Positions 39,934 to 49,485 of a stretch of 64,000 nt of DNA are shown here, one piece after another. The notes beneath the pieces are model-generated. The model worked only from the letters and a program-made list of their open reading frames with translations, was not told the DNA's origin and ran no database searches. The DNA is taken from assembly GCA_032128875.1 (NCBI GenBank), contig JAVLKG010000001.1, positions 384,001 to 448,000 on the forward strand, in the 5' to 3' direction. The stretch comes from Candidatus Melainabacteria bacterium 17Bon1m. Lineage in GTDB: Bacteria; Cyanobacteriota; Vampirovibrionia; Obscuribacterales; Obscuribacteraceae. Position numbers and translations under genes: made by a program. Within the stretch, counting starts at the first letter, position 1, and each line of letters starts with the position of its first letter.

Positions 39934-39955
39934 GGGCACGTCGTCGGACGTGCCC
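39934..39955 (-). terminator. Hairpin between the convergent usp and hsp20 genes
   Basis: gggcacgtc-gtcg-gacgtgccc followed by a T-rich tract on the minus strand. Confidence 0.55.
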
Positions 39956-39981
39956 CATTCCTTTTGTGCGAGCTTGGTTCT

Positions 39982-40482
39982 TTATCCCGCTTTTACTTCG
40001 ATCTTTTTGCCATCGGCAAGAGCATCTTTTGCCTTAGGCATAACTACTTTCAAAACACCGTTCTTGTAGGAGGCTTCGATGCTGTCTTTTTCCACTGTGC
40101 ATGGCAAAGGCAAGAGGCGATAGAACGAGCCGTAACTTCTCTCCATTCTGTAATAGTTTTTGTCCTTTTCCTCTTTTTCGGAATGCTTCTCACCCTTGAT
40201 CGAAAGTGCATTGCCTTCCACTTTTACCTCAATGTCTTTCATTTCGACGCCGGGGAGTTCAGCAGACACTTCGATGGTTTTTTCGCTATCCTTCATGTCT
40301 ACTTTTGCATTGAAGTCAGAAACCGGCTCCAGCCAGAAGGTACGAGCAAAAGGAAGTCCGCTCTTAAATTCATCAAAGAGATGATTCATCTCCTCTTGCA
40401 AAGCGTGAAACGGGTGAGATTTTCGAGGTGTAATTCCAGTCGATTCCTTTTTTGTTTCCTTTACTGGTGTAGTTGTTGTCAT
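39982..40482 (-). CDS. Hsp20/alpha-crystallin small heat-shock protein
   Basis: AELPGV, LSIKGEK, ERSYGSFYR, ASYKNGVLKVVMPK. Confidence 0.95.
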   Translation of the reverse strand: MTTTTPVKETKKESTGITPRKSHPFHALQEEMNHLFDEFKSGLPFARTFWLEPVSDFNAKVDMKDSEKTIEVSAELPGVEMKDIEVKVEGNALSIKGEKHSEKEEKDKNYYRMERSYGSFYRLLPLPCTVEKDSIEASYKNGVLKVVMPKAKDALADGKKIEVKAG

Positions 40483-40758
40483 AATCCTTCTCCTTCTAAG
40501 ACGGGATTTTTTTCAGTATTCTGTTACTGCAACCAAAGAGCAACCTGGACATATCTTGACTCAATCAACTTTGCGTCAGCATCTGCTCAAAGGCTGATAC
40601 TAATCATCAAAAGAATGATTGCATCGCTTCGCGACTGTCGATCTCGTGTGAATCAGGGTTTCGGCTTATTTCTCAGGTACTCATCATACCTGCGAATGAA
40701 GTCACTATAGAGATATTGCTTCTATGCTTGGGAGTACTGCCAATGCTTGGAGTTTTCG

Positions 40759-42105
40759 ATGAAGAAGAAAGAGAAAAGCGGTCGCAAAGACTATCGCATG
40801 CGTAGTGCAATGGTCGACGGTAACTACGACAGTAAACATTGGGAATACGACCACCATCTCGTGCCTCCGATTTCGTCATCAGTTGCCTATCGGCTTAGTT
40901 CGGTGCACAGGGGCGAAGAAGGATTTGCTCAATTTGGTGAAGTTGCAGATCTGCAGAATGATCCTATTTTCGTGTATGACAGGCTTGATGAGCCTTCACG
41001 TGGCATGCTCGAGGAAAAACTAGCCTATGCGGAGTCAGGTGATATTGCCGTTTCTTTTGCCACAGGAATGGCTGCCATAAGCGCCGCTTTGTCGATTCTG
41101 ACGAGGCAAGGCGATCAAATCGTTGCTCACAATACACTATATGGCTGTACCTTCAGTCTTCTGTCTCACTGGTTTCCTAAATATGGAATTGAAACGAAAT
41201 TCGTCGATCTGAGATCAAGTGAAAATCTGCTGTCATCCATAACTTCTCGAACCAGGGTTGTTTACCTTGAAACCCCAGTAAACCCTACATTGGATATCAT
41301 CGACATTCGAGCGCTAAAAAACTGTGTTTCCGAAGCTAATAAAACGAGAGCCGACCAAGAGAAGATCGTTATTGTTGTCGATAACACATTTGCTACACCC
41401 TTTTGTCAGCGACCGTTGACTCTAGGCGCGGATATTGTTGTGCATAGTCTGACAAAGAACATTGCCGGCTTCGGAACCGACATGGGTGGAGCTGTTATCG
41501 CAGCTTCGAAATATCAACGAGATTTACTTCTCTATAGAAAAGACTTTGGCGGCGTGCTTTCTCCGCGTTCTGCCTGGCCTATTCTTGTGTACGGGTTGCC
41601 GACTCTGGCCGCGCGGATGGTCAATCAGCAAAAGTCCGCGATACACATTGCGCGTTTTCTTGAAAAGCACCCTTTGGTAAAAAGAGTACTGTATCCCGGA
41701 CTTAAATCATTTCCTCAAAAGCAACTTGCAGAATTACAAATGGTAAGTTGCGACGGGCGCTTCGCTCCAGGCTCGGTACTTTATTTCGAACTGAAAGCAG
41801 GTACGAGCACAGAAGAGGAAAAGACAGCTGAGCTTTTTATTGATGACGTCGCCAGGAGTTCGCGCTGTATAAATCTGGCGGTAAGTCTGGGGCAAGTGCG
41901 TACACTGATAGAAGCGCCATACTCAATGACTCATTCAGCTTTGCCTGCAGATTTTAAAGACGCGATTGGAATCTCGCCGTCGGGAATACGCTTGTCTTTG
42001 GGATTGGAAGACTGGCACGATATCGAAGCCGACTTGAAGGCGTCGCTTGATCGTACGGAGATTATGCTGAAATTGCATTCTCATGCAACCTATCCTTCTC
42101 TATAA
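40759..42105 (+). CDS. PLP-dependent Cys/Met metabolism enzyme, probably methionine gamma-lyase
   Basis: FATGMAAI, LYGCTF (Cys typical of MGL), ETPVNP, VDNTFATP, HSLTK, AVSLG, IRLSLGLE. Confidence 0.85.
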   Translation: MKKKEKSGRKDYRMRSAMVDGNYDSKHWEYDHHLVPPISSSVAYRLSSVHRGEEGFAQFGEVADLQNDPIFVYDRLDEPSRGMLEEKLAYAESGDIAVSFATGMAAISAALSILTRQGDQIVAHNTLYGCTFSLLSHWFPKYGIETKFVDLRSSENLLSSITSRTRVVYLETPVNPTLDIIDIRALKNCVSEANKTRADQEKIVIVVDNTFATPFCQRPLTLGADIVVHSLTKNIAGFGTDMGGAVIAASKYQRDLLLYRKDFGGVLSPRSAWPILVYGLPTLAARMVNQQKSAIHIARFLEKHPLVKRVLYPGLKSFPQKQLAELQMVSCDGRFAPGSVLYFELKAGTSTEEEKTAELFIDDVARSSRCINLAVSLGQVRTLIEAPYSMTHSALPADFKDAIGISPSGIRLSLGLEDWHDIEADLKASLDRTEIMLKLHSHATYPSL

Positions 42106-42141
42106 CTCTTAAATTTCGGATTCTCAAAACCTATAAAAAAG

Positions 42142-42180
42142 AGAAAGAAGACCGAGAGCTGTCTCGGTCTTTTTTCTTTT
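42142..42180. terminator. Bidirectional intrinsic terminator
   Basis: aagaccgaga-gctg-tctcggtctt flanked by A and T tracts between convergent genes. Confidence 0.75.
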
Positions 42181-42203
42181 ACCTCTATATGAATAATTGT
42201 CTA

Positions 42204-42632
42204 TTAGACCAAGCTGCAATACATTGGATGAGATGCTTCCTGCGGGCCCGGACAAGTCTCATTTTTTCTCTCTCCCTTCTGAAATATGTCGCGGCCTGTC
42301 CAGGTCGATTTCCAACTTTGAGATTTCTTTTGCTGCGCATCGGCAACCATCTGCCAACTTGCCTCGAATGAATTCTCCTCGTTATCGACAAATTGACCTA
42401 TCCATGTTGTTATAGTTTTGTGATTGGAAAAGGCCACGCTAAAGCAGAACACATCACCAACTGCAAAGCCGGTTAGAGGATATGTCGTGGCTGAGTCTTC
42501 ACGCGAGATTACGCCGCTCATGAAACAACCGGTAATTTTGCCAGATTCATCCACTTCAATATGCATCTGAGAATTGTGTTGGTTGTGCCAGATGCCTGAC
42601 AAAAGCTTTTGAACTTCTTCTTTGGTCTTCAT
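42204..42632 (-). CDS. Avidin/streptavidin-family protein without signal peptide
   Basis: SGIWHNQHNS, GKITGCFMS, YPLTG, FSVAF, ITTWIGQ, ASWQM, WKSTWTGRDIF align with streptavidin GTWYNQLGS, GALTGTYES, YVLTG, WTVAW, ATTWSGQ, TQWLL, WKSTLVGHDTF. Confidence 0.85.
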   Translation of the reverse strand: MKTKEEVQKLLSGIWHNQHNSQMHIEVDESGKITGCFMSGVISREDSATTYPLTGFAVGDVFCFSVAFSNHKTITTWIGQFVDNEENSFEASWQMVADAQQKKSQSWKSTWTGRDIFQKGERKNETCPGPQEASHPMYCSLV

Positions 42633-42854
42633 TTCTTTTACTCCACAGAACCTCAACAATCATCCAACTGAAATAAGAAAGCTGTATGGACTCAAGGAAC
42701 GATCTGCCATGAGTCTTTTGGATGATAGTCCACATACTTTTAGTTGCCGTTGCTTCCTTATGGAAGATATCTCCCTCCAATGATTCTTGGGGACGATATC
42801 GCATCGCGTGTAATGAATTAGATTGCAAGAAAGCAGCTGTATCGGGTTTACGTT

Positions 42855-43097
42855 ATGCACGACGGTATCTTCGACTTCTATTTTTGCGACAAATGCCGAG
42901 CGTATGTTCTTGACGAAAAGCAAGGTGACGCCAAGCGCGGCATTTTGCCAAACACAGCCGTTCAACGACTCGCGACTAACTGGAAATGCCCGATATGCGG
43001 CGGTACTTCGGATGAGCTGAGAGCAGTGACGATGTTCGATCATATAAGGAAGAGTGACGTCCTAACACCATCGTTTACTGCTACGAAATCGATCTAA
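42855..43097 (+). CDS. Rubredoxin-like protein
   Basis: YFCDKCRAYVLDEKQGD...GILPNT...NWKCPICG. Confidence 0.8.
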   Translation: MHDGIFDFYFCDKCRAYVLDEKQGDAKRGILPNTAVQRLATNWKCPICGGTSDELRAVTMFDHIRKSDVLTPSFTATKSI

Positions 43098-43114
43098 ACA
43101 AGTGGAGATTTGAC

Positions 43115-44473
43115 ATGTTACAGACGTCCGGGACGCCAATGGCACCTGATTCCCAAGTAAGCAAACAGGTTCGTCGTCATGCGGTTCCTTTCACCGGCGA
43201 GAAGAATGAGCTGAATAGTCTTATGGAGTTGATTGGAGAGTCTTCTTTCGTTTTGATAGGAGAAGCTTCGCATGGCACGCATGAATACTATAAAACGAGA
43301 ATTGACCTGACAAAGAGATTAATCGAAGAAAAGGGCTTCAACGTTGTTTGTGCTGAAGCCGACTGGCCTGATGCTTTACGAGTCAATCGCTACGTAAAAG
43401 GTATAAGCGATGATAAGAGCGCTGTCTCCGCATTGGCTGGTTTTCAGCGTTTTCCCACTTGGCTGTGGCGAAATGCAGATGTCCTCTCTTTTGTCGAATG
43501 GTTGAAGACCTACAACGAAACGTTTGGCAGGTTTGATCAAAAGGTTGGCTTCTATGGGCTGGATCTATACAGCCTTTACCGCTCTATTGAAGCCATCATC
43601 AATTACCTCCAACCAATCGATCCCGATGCCGCAGATAGAGCAAGGGAGAGATACAGCTGCCTTTCGGCCTACGGTTATGACGAGCAGGCGTATGGTTATG
43701 CTGCAGCCCTTGGCTTAGCCAGAGAATGTGAGGAAAACATACTCAATCAGTTGGTCGAATTGCAAAAGAAAGAACTTGATTATTTGAAGAAGGACGGACC
43801 GAGAGCAAAAGAAGAATTCTTCTTCGCTGAGCAAAATGCCATTCTTGTTGCCCATGCGCAAGCATATTATCGCGAGATGTTCCGAGGGCGCATGAGTACC
43901 TGGAATCTGCGAGACACCCACATGATGAAAACACTTCTCAATTTGCGGGACCATATGAAAGAATCTGGCACTCAGATGAAAGCTGTAATCTGGGCTCATA
44001 ATTCGCACCTTGGCGACGCTCGGGCGACAGAAATGTCCAGTCGCGGTGAGCTTAATTTAGGACAGCTAGTTCGACAACATCTTGGTGAGAATTGCTGTCT
44101 CATCGGCTTTAGCGGCAATTCAGGAACAGTTACAGCTGCGTCGAAATGGGGTGGCCCGGCTGAAAGGAAAAATGTTAGACCAGGCATGATCGGCAGTTTT
44201 GAGAATTTATTCTCTAAGGTGGATCTGCCTGCCTTTATCTTGCCATTCAGAGCGACCGACTTGATCAACGGGCTTAGACATCCGAGGCTTCAGCGAGCAA
44301 TCGGAGTTTTGTATATTCCAGAGACGGAAAGATACAGCCACTATTTCTTTTCGACACTGCCCAAGCAGTTTGACGCTCTCATTCATTTTCAGGAGACTCA
44401 GGCTGTCGAACCACTTGAGCGTAATGCTCTGTGGACGGAAGGCGAGACAAGGATAGAAGACCTTGTTGACTGA
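43115..44473 (+). CDS. Erythromycin esterase-family protein
   Basis: LIGEASHGTHEYY, AEADWPDA, FPTWLWRN, FYGLDLYS, WNLRD, WAHNSHLGDARAT, QRAIGVLY. Confidence 0.92.
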   Translation: MLQTSGTPMAPDSQVSKQVRRHAVPFTGEKNELNSLMELIGESSFVLIGEASHGTHEYYKTRIDLTKRLIEEKGFNVVCAEADWPDALRVNRYVKGISDDKSAVSALAGFQRFPTWLWRNADVLSFVEWLKTYNETFGRFDQKVGFYGLDLYSLYRSIEAIINYLQPIDPDAADRARERYSCLSAYGYDEQAYGYAAALGLARECEENILNQLVELQKKELDYLKKDGPRAKEEFFFAEQNAILVAHAQAYYREMFRGRMSTWNLRDTHMMKTLLNLRDHMKESGTQMKAVIWAHNSHLGDARATEMSSRGELNLGQLVRQHLGENCCLIGFSGNSGTVTAASKWGGPAERKNVRPGMIGSFENLFSKVDLPAFILPFRATDLINGLRHPRLQRAIGVLYIPETERYSHYFFSTLPKQFDALIHFQETQAVEPLERNALWTEGETRIEDLVD

Positions 44474-44583
44474 GTTCACCACGTCTAAGCGATCATGTTC
44501 AACTAAATAACGCGACTAAGCCTCAATTGAATGAGTTGAGTGCGTTTCGTGGACATTCATAATCAAAGAGCAAGGAGTTTCTG

Positions 44584-45276
44584 ATGCGCACGAAAAATGT
44601 CGATAGATGGGTCCGAGAAGCCGTTCAGATTGACGCTGGTGACCAATGCCTTCATGGGAATCTATGTATTCCGCCTCAGGCAAAGGGACTGATTGCCTTC
44701 GTGCATGGTAGCGGAAGCAGCAGGTTCAGTACGCGCAATTTATTTGTGGCAGAGTTCTTGAATGAAAGAGGTTTTGCCACTTTGCTGTTCGATCTACTGA
44801 GCAGTTCAGAAGAGCAAATAGACAATGTGACCGCGCGCTACAGATTTGATATTCCGCTCTTGTCGCGCAGAGTCATGCACGTAACTGAATGGATTCAAAA
44901 TGAACCAAGAACTCAGCAACTTTCAATCGGCTATTTCGGTGCTAGCACTGGAGCCGCCGCAGCACTGGTTTCAGCTTCCAACGTAGGCACTCGTGTAAAG
45001 GCAGTTGTTTCCAGAGGTGGAAGACCGGATTTGGCATCGGGACATCTTTCAAGGGTTGATTGTCCAACTTTATTTTTAGTGGGCGAAAGAGACACTGATG
45101 TTCTAAAGCTCAATCTTAAGGCTCTGGCACTCTTGCCTGAAACGACAGTCAAGGACATCGAAATCGTCCCGGATGCTACACATCTCTTTGAGGAGCCGGG
45201 CGCTCTTGCAGTAGTTGCTAACGCTGCTGCACGCTGGTATAGCACCTACCTAAATAAAAAGATTTGCCGAGCCTGA
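44584..45276 (+). CDS. Dienelactone hydrolase-like alpha/beta hydrolase
   Basis: HGSGSSRFSTRN, GYFGASTGAAAAL, VSRGGRPDL, ATHLFEEPG. Confidence 0.9.
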   Translation: MRTKNVDRWVREAVQIDAGDQCLHGNLCIPPQAKGLIAFVHGSGSSRFSTRNLFVAEFLNERGFATLLFDLLSSSEEQIDNVTARYRFDIPLLSRRVMHVTEWIQNEPRTQQLSIGYFGASTGAAAALVSASNVGTRVKAVVSRGGRPDLASGHLSRVDCPTLFLVGERDTDVLKLNLKALALLPETTVKDIEIVPDATHLFEEPGALAVVANAAARWYSTYLNKKICRA

Positions 45277-45951
45277 TGCCGGCTTTACGTGATGACTGGC
45301 ATTGCGCATTGCTGAGACCACCTCTTGGTCAGTAGTTTGCTCGAAATTCAAATAATGCTGGCCCACTGAGTTGAACAACTCAGGCACGCTAAGTGAAATA
45401 ACCTCATCAGCATACTTGCTAAGTAAACGCACACTTTCCTGACTCATAACCGGCGCCGCCATAACTATATACCTGGCACCTCTTCGCTTGGCGGTTTTCA
45501 ACGCACATGCTGCTGTCATTCCTGTAGCAACACCATCGTCAATCACAATCACTAATTTCCCTTCAAATGATGTTCTTTCAGTGCCAGCCAACTTATAAAA
45601 CCGGCTTTCACGCTCTTTTGTTGATGAGAGAAGTTTTTCGCTTTCACGTTCCACGTAGGCTTTCCAATCAGGACTATGAGGTATGCCTGCGTTCAGAACT
45701 ACGACTCCTTCGGACGAAACCGCGCCCATTGCATATTCCGGCTCGTTTGGAAAAGGAAGCTTCTTCGCTGCGATGATTTCCAGTGGAGCGCTCAGTCTGC
45801 GTGCCACTTCCTGAGCTACCGGCGCACCGCCTCTGGGTAACGCAACGACGACAACGGGTAAAGCCTTCGTCTCATTGCTTAATCTCGATAGCCTGCGCAC
45901 TAACTCTTCAGCCAGTAACTTACCTGCAGACACGCGGTCACTGAATTGCAT
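45250..45951 (-). CDS. Phosphoribosyltransferase-family protein
   Basis: FSDRVSAGKLLA, ALPRGG, VIVIDDGVATGMT, VGQHYLNFEQTTDQEV. Confidence 0.9.
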   Translation of the reverse strand: MQFSDRVSAGKLLAEELVRRLSRLSNETKALPVVVVALPRGGAPVAQEVARRLSAPLEIIAAKKLPFPNEPEYAMGAVSSEGVVVLNAGIPHSPDWKAYVERESEKLLSSTKERESRFYKLAGTERTSFEGKLVIVIDDGVATGMTAACALKTAKRRGARYIVMAAPVMSQESVRLLSKYADEVISLSVPELFNSVGQHYLNFEQTTDQEVVSAMRNASHHVKPASGSANLFI

Positions 45952-45991
45952 AGCTCAGCTCCTATCTTGTCAAACTGCGTTATTAGCAGTT

Positions 45992-46222
45992 TTAGGAATC
46001 TAATTTTCGTTCTGCTTCTTCGTCCTGCTTTTCTTTCATCAGTTCCCTCGCTCTGTCAGCACGAAGAATTGCCAGCACTCCCAGCCCGCCGTTTTTCCAC
46101 AGCTTGGCTAAATTTGTTTTGCAGGTCTGCATTCCGAATGTTCGCATATCCATAGATCTAAGGACTGTAGGTTTTTGCAGCCAACGGGATTCGTCCGCAT
46201 CTTCATTAGTTTGGTTGTTCAT
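45992..46222 (-). CDS. Small hypothetical protein
   Basis: 76-aa ORF with RBS-like AAGGGA, directly upstream of the PRTase. Confidence 0.5.
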   Translation of the reverse strand: MNNQTNEDADESRWLQKPTVLRSMDMRTFGMQTCKTNLAKLWKNGGLGVLAILRADRARELMKEKQDEEAERKLDS

Positions 46223-46431
46223 TTTTCTAGTCCCTTAGAACCTTCACCTTTACATTGTCAAATACTTCTCAGCGAACAGCATCCTCCACAGAGATGATCC
46301 CTGCAAAGCCGGGTTTTTCCGGTTGGACTCATACCAAAGATGAGTGCAAAACTCCGACTTTTAGATAGTACGAAATTCAAAATCAGGCGCCAAGATATTA
46401 ATGAACGCCGCTGCCCTAAGGAAGGTGCAAA

Positions 46432-46968
46432 ATGCCAATATCAGATTGCTGCCCCAAAGAGGTTTTTGACAAACTGTCAAAAGGGGAAGATATCCAGCTT
46501 GTAGATGTGCGAGAACCGGATGAATACAGTGCGGTCAAAGTCGAACACTCTCTGCACTTGCCCCTTTCTCGCCTTTCTCAAAGCACATCAATTTTGTCCA
46601 GAAGAAAAGACATTTACCTCTTGTGTCGAAGTGGCAAGCGCGCTGATACTGCCGCTCAACGCCTTGAGCAACTTGGTTTTGATCGCCTGCATGTTGTTAA
46701 GGGCGGGCTCGACGCCTGGGTAAGAAGTGATCTTCCGGTCGAAGGAACAGGATTGCATGTTTGGCCCCTGGAAAGGCAAGTCAGATTCACTGCGGGACTT
46801 TTAGTTCTTGTGGGAATTATTCTGTCTTATTCAATAAACTCAAATTGGATTTTTCTCTCTTGTGTTGTCGCTCTCGGCATGGTCATGTCAGCTATGACCG
46901 GAACTTGTGGGATGGCGAACGTTTTGAGAATGATGCCCTGGAATTGCCAACATCAACGCCAATCGTAA
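46432..46968 (+). CDS. Rhodanese domain plus DUF2892 membrane domain (YgaP-like)
   Basis: VDVREPDEY, LLCRSGKRA, GGLDAW; LERQVRFTAG...TGTCGMANVLRMMPWN. Confidence 0.9.
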   Translation: MPISDCCPKEVFDKLSKGEDIQLVDVREPDEYSAVKVEHSLHLPLSRLSQSTSILSRRKDIYLLCRSGKRADTAAQRLEQLGFDRLHVVKGGLDAWVRSDLPVEGTGLHVWPLERQVRFTAGLLVLVGIILSYSINSNWIFLSCVVALGMVMSAMTGTCGMANVLRMMPWNCQHQRQS

Positions 46969-47036
46969 TGATACCTAAGAAGGAGGTGTGTTGCCTTTTG
47001 CTTAAGTAGGCTGGTTGAGAATAGAGGAGATACTCA

Positions 47037-47840
47037 ATGAAATCGGGCCGAAAAGTCAGTGTATTGCTCACTTTGGCATTTCTAATCAGCGCGAATGTTC
47101 TGCCTGCATTTGCGTTGGATGTTCCTCCTCCTCAGTGGCAACAATGGCAGCAAATCGAACTTTTAGATCCCGAAGATACGGAAATTGCTCTGCGAGCTGC
47201 TTTGCTTTTGACAAAGGAAAAAGAGCAGCAGCTGCTCATAATTCAGGCTCTGTCAGATCTTTGTCATGAGCAAAAACGATACGAAGAGGAGAGAGACTTT
47301 CTTCTTTCCTGGATATCACTTGCACAACAGGTGCAACCTTTTCCTGCTGTAAATTGTGCTACTCAAAATCTTAGATTGTCCTACGCTTATTTTGTTTTGA
47401 AGGACTATGAAAAAGCAGAGACCGCTGCAAAGACATCACTTCAAATGTTCAAGCAAAGTTGCAGTGAAAGCTCACCTAACGTTGCCCTTGCATTGAATAA
47501 TCTCGCCTGGGTGCAAATGAAGTTGAATAAGAGCGCTGACGCAGAAGCAAATATCCTTGAGGCACTTGCGATACTGAAAGTGGTAGCAGGCGAGAAGAGT
47601 ATGATTTATGGCTTGCTCTCAGAAAACCTTGCGGTTCTTTACGAGCAGACCAATAATCGGGAGGCCGCAATTCGGCTCTATAAAAACTCACTTCGTATTT
47701 TGAAGAAGTTTTTGGACAAGGAAGATTCTATAATCGTCGATCTGCGGCAGCATATCGAAGAGCAAAGCTCATTGCTCGCGGCATCGAAAGGGCACAGCGA
47801 GAAGAAAAAATTGGCTCGGCACAAAGAGACTCAAAAATAG
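47037..47840 (+). CDS. Exported TPR-repeat protein
   Basis: Signal peptide ending AFA; TPR motifs ALALNNLAWV and ENLAVLYEQ. Confidence 0.8.
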   Translation: MKSGRKVSVLLTLAFLISANVLPAFALDVPPPQWQQWQQIELLDPEDTEIALRAALLLTKEKEQQLLIIQALSDLCHEQKRYEEERDFLLSWISLAQQVQPFPAVNCATQNLRLSYAYFVLKDYEKAETAAKTSLQMFKQSCSESSPNVALALNNLAWVQMKLNKSADAEANILEALAILKVVAGEKSMIYGLLSENLAVLYEQTNNREAAIRLYKNSLRILKKFLDKEDSIIVDLRQHIEEQSSLLAASKGHSEKKKLARHKETQK

Positions 47841-47852
47841 AGGAGAAAGGCA

Positions 47853-48071
47853 ATGTCCAAGGAAAAAGGAAGTAGCACCAAAACGGCTGAACACGATAAG
47901 AAACATGCGCACAATGTCGGGCATGTTGTAGTCCATGCGACTCCTGTTTGCACCGAGATTATCTCAGAACGCGCCTATCAGTTATTCGAAAGACGTGGGT
48001 GTGTTCACGGTTTTGACGTGCAGGACTGGATAGAGGCTGAAAAGCAATTGATGGAAGAAGTTCTGAACTAG
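47853..48071 (+). CDS. DUF2934-like small protein
   Basis: ISERAYQLFERRGCVHGFDVQDWIEAE; RBS AGGAG. Confidence 0.8.
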   Translation: MSKEKGSSTKTAEHDKKHAHNVGHVVVHATPVCTEIISERAYQLFERRGCVHGFDVQDWIEAEKQLMEEVLN

Positions 48072-48124
48072 GAGTTCGTGTCTTCTATGCTATGCTCATT
48101 CGACCTGACTGCAATGGAGCGTCT

Positions 48125-48409
48125 ATGTCGAAGTTTTTGGTAATGTGGAATCTTGACCTGGGCCGCGTTGGGCCTGACGCAGTGAAAGCTGTACTCTCAA
48201 TGCCATCGTACGCAGAGCGGATGAAGAAGCAAAATAAGCTCGTCCATCGCTACCATCTTGTCGGAAAGCATGGTGGCGCCTGGATATACAACGCAGACAG
48301 CAACGAAGACCTGGAGCGATGTCTGGCTCAATCTCCAGTATACAACTTGGCAAATTTCGATGTTTATCCACTGGCTGAGATGCCAGAACCGCCAGCACAA
48401 GATGCCTAG
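48125..48409 (+). CDS. Small muconolactone-isomerase-like (ferredoxin-fold) protein
   Basis: MSKFLVMW...YHLVGKHGGAWIYNADSNEDLERCLAQSPVY...VYPLAE. Confidence 0.6.
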   Translation: MSKFLVMWNLDLGRVGPDAVKAVLSMPSYAERMKKQNKLVHRYHLVGKHGGAWIYNADSNEDLERCLAQSPVYNLANFDVYPLAEMPEPPAQDA

Positions 48410-48415
48410 TGCTAT

Positions 48416-49474
48416 CTAACATATTCGAGGTAGCTGGTCGCCTGATAGCTTGTCGACTATCCTTCTGCCGCCGATAACGGATTTTAAGACGACTCGCTCG
48501 GGGTGGTCGCTGACTATTTTTCCGACTATCTTTGCTCCGTCACCATAAGGAGACGCCTGGATTATACTCACTGCTTCTTCGGCGCGTTGTGCTTCTACGA
48601 TAGCTACCAGACGACCTTCACAGGCCACGTACAAAGGATCGAGCCCAAGGATTTCGCAGGCGGCTCTCACTTTAGGATCGACAGGCACAGTTGATTCATC
48701 TATTTCAATTCCAACCGCTGATGAATGAGCAATTTCATTGAGTACGCTTGCTAAGCCCCCTCTCGTTAAGTCGCGCATAGAATGAAGTGAATCGCCAATA
48801 CTGAGTAGGTTTTGACACATCATATTTAGTGGCGCGCTGTCACTTTCTATTGTCGTCTCAAATTCCAACTCATGGCGCGCTGCCATGATCGCCATACCGT
48901 GACGTCCAATATCGCCGGATAAAATTATTGCGTCACCAGCTTTCGCCCTTGATGCCGAAGGGATTTTAGATTGAGTAATTAAGCCTACACCTGTAGTTGT
49001 GATGAATAGCTTATCTGCGCAGCCTTTGTTTACTACTTTAGTATCGGCAGCAATAAGGACTACGCCCGATTCCTTACTGGCTGACTGCATTGAGCGCACA
49101 ACCGTTTCTAAAGATTCGCGGTCAAATCCCTCTTCGAGGATGAACGCGGCAGAAAGATAAAGTGGCTTGGCTCCGCGCATGCACAGGTCATTTACCGTGC
49201 CGTGCACACTAAGAGAGCCTATGTTTCCTCCCGGAAAAATGATTGGACTGACTACATAAGAATCTGTAGTGACAGCAATCCTATCTTTGTCGAGAAAAAC
49301 CGTTGCTGCATCTTCCTTTTCAAGCAACTGCTCGCTGTCGAAAAAAGGCAGGAAGACCTGGTCGATTAACTGATCTGTTAATCTGCCGCCACTACCGTGC
49401 CCCAATTTGACCATCGTCAATTCATTCTTTGGAGTCGGGCAGGACACCGAAAAACTATCGTCTGCTTTTGTCAA
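48416..49474 (-). CDS. hypE: Hydrogenase maturation protein HypE
   Basis: TTG start after GAGGAG; LGHGSGG, TTDSYVV, DTKVV, RDLTRGG, C-terminal LPRIC. Confidence 0.95.
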   Translation of the reverse strand: MTKADDSFSVSCPTPKNELTMVKLGHGSGGRLTDQLIDQVFLPFFDSEQLLEKEDAATVFLDKDRIAVTTDSYVVSPIIFPGGNIGSLSVHGTVNDLCMRGAKPLYLSAAFILEEGFDRESLETVVRSMQSASKESGVVLIAADTKVVNKGCADKLFITTTGVGLITQSKIPSASRAKAGDAIILSGDIGRHGMAIMAARHELEFETTIESDSAPLNMMCQNLLSIGDSLHSMRDLTRGGLASVLNEIAHSSAVGIEIDESTVPVDPKVRAACEILGLDPLYVACEGRLVAIVEAQRAEEAVSIIQASPYGDGAKIVGKIVSDHPERVVLKSVIGGRRIVDKLSGDQLPRIC

Positions 49475-49485
49475 AACAGTTCTCC

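Noticed and set aside
43115-44473. Macrolide resistance gene (ere)
   Set aside because: The motifs and context match the widespread uncharacterised Rv2030c-like subfamily. There is no mobile or resistance context.
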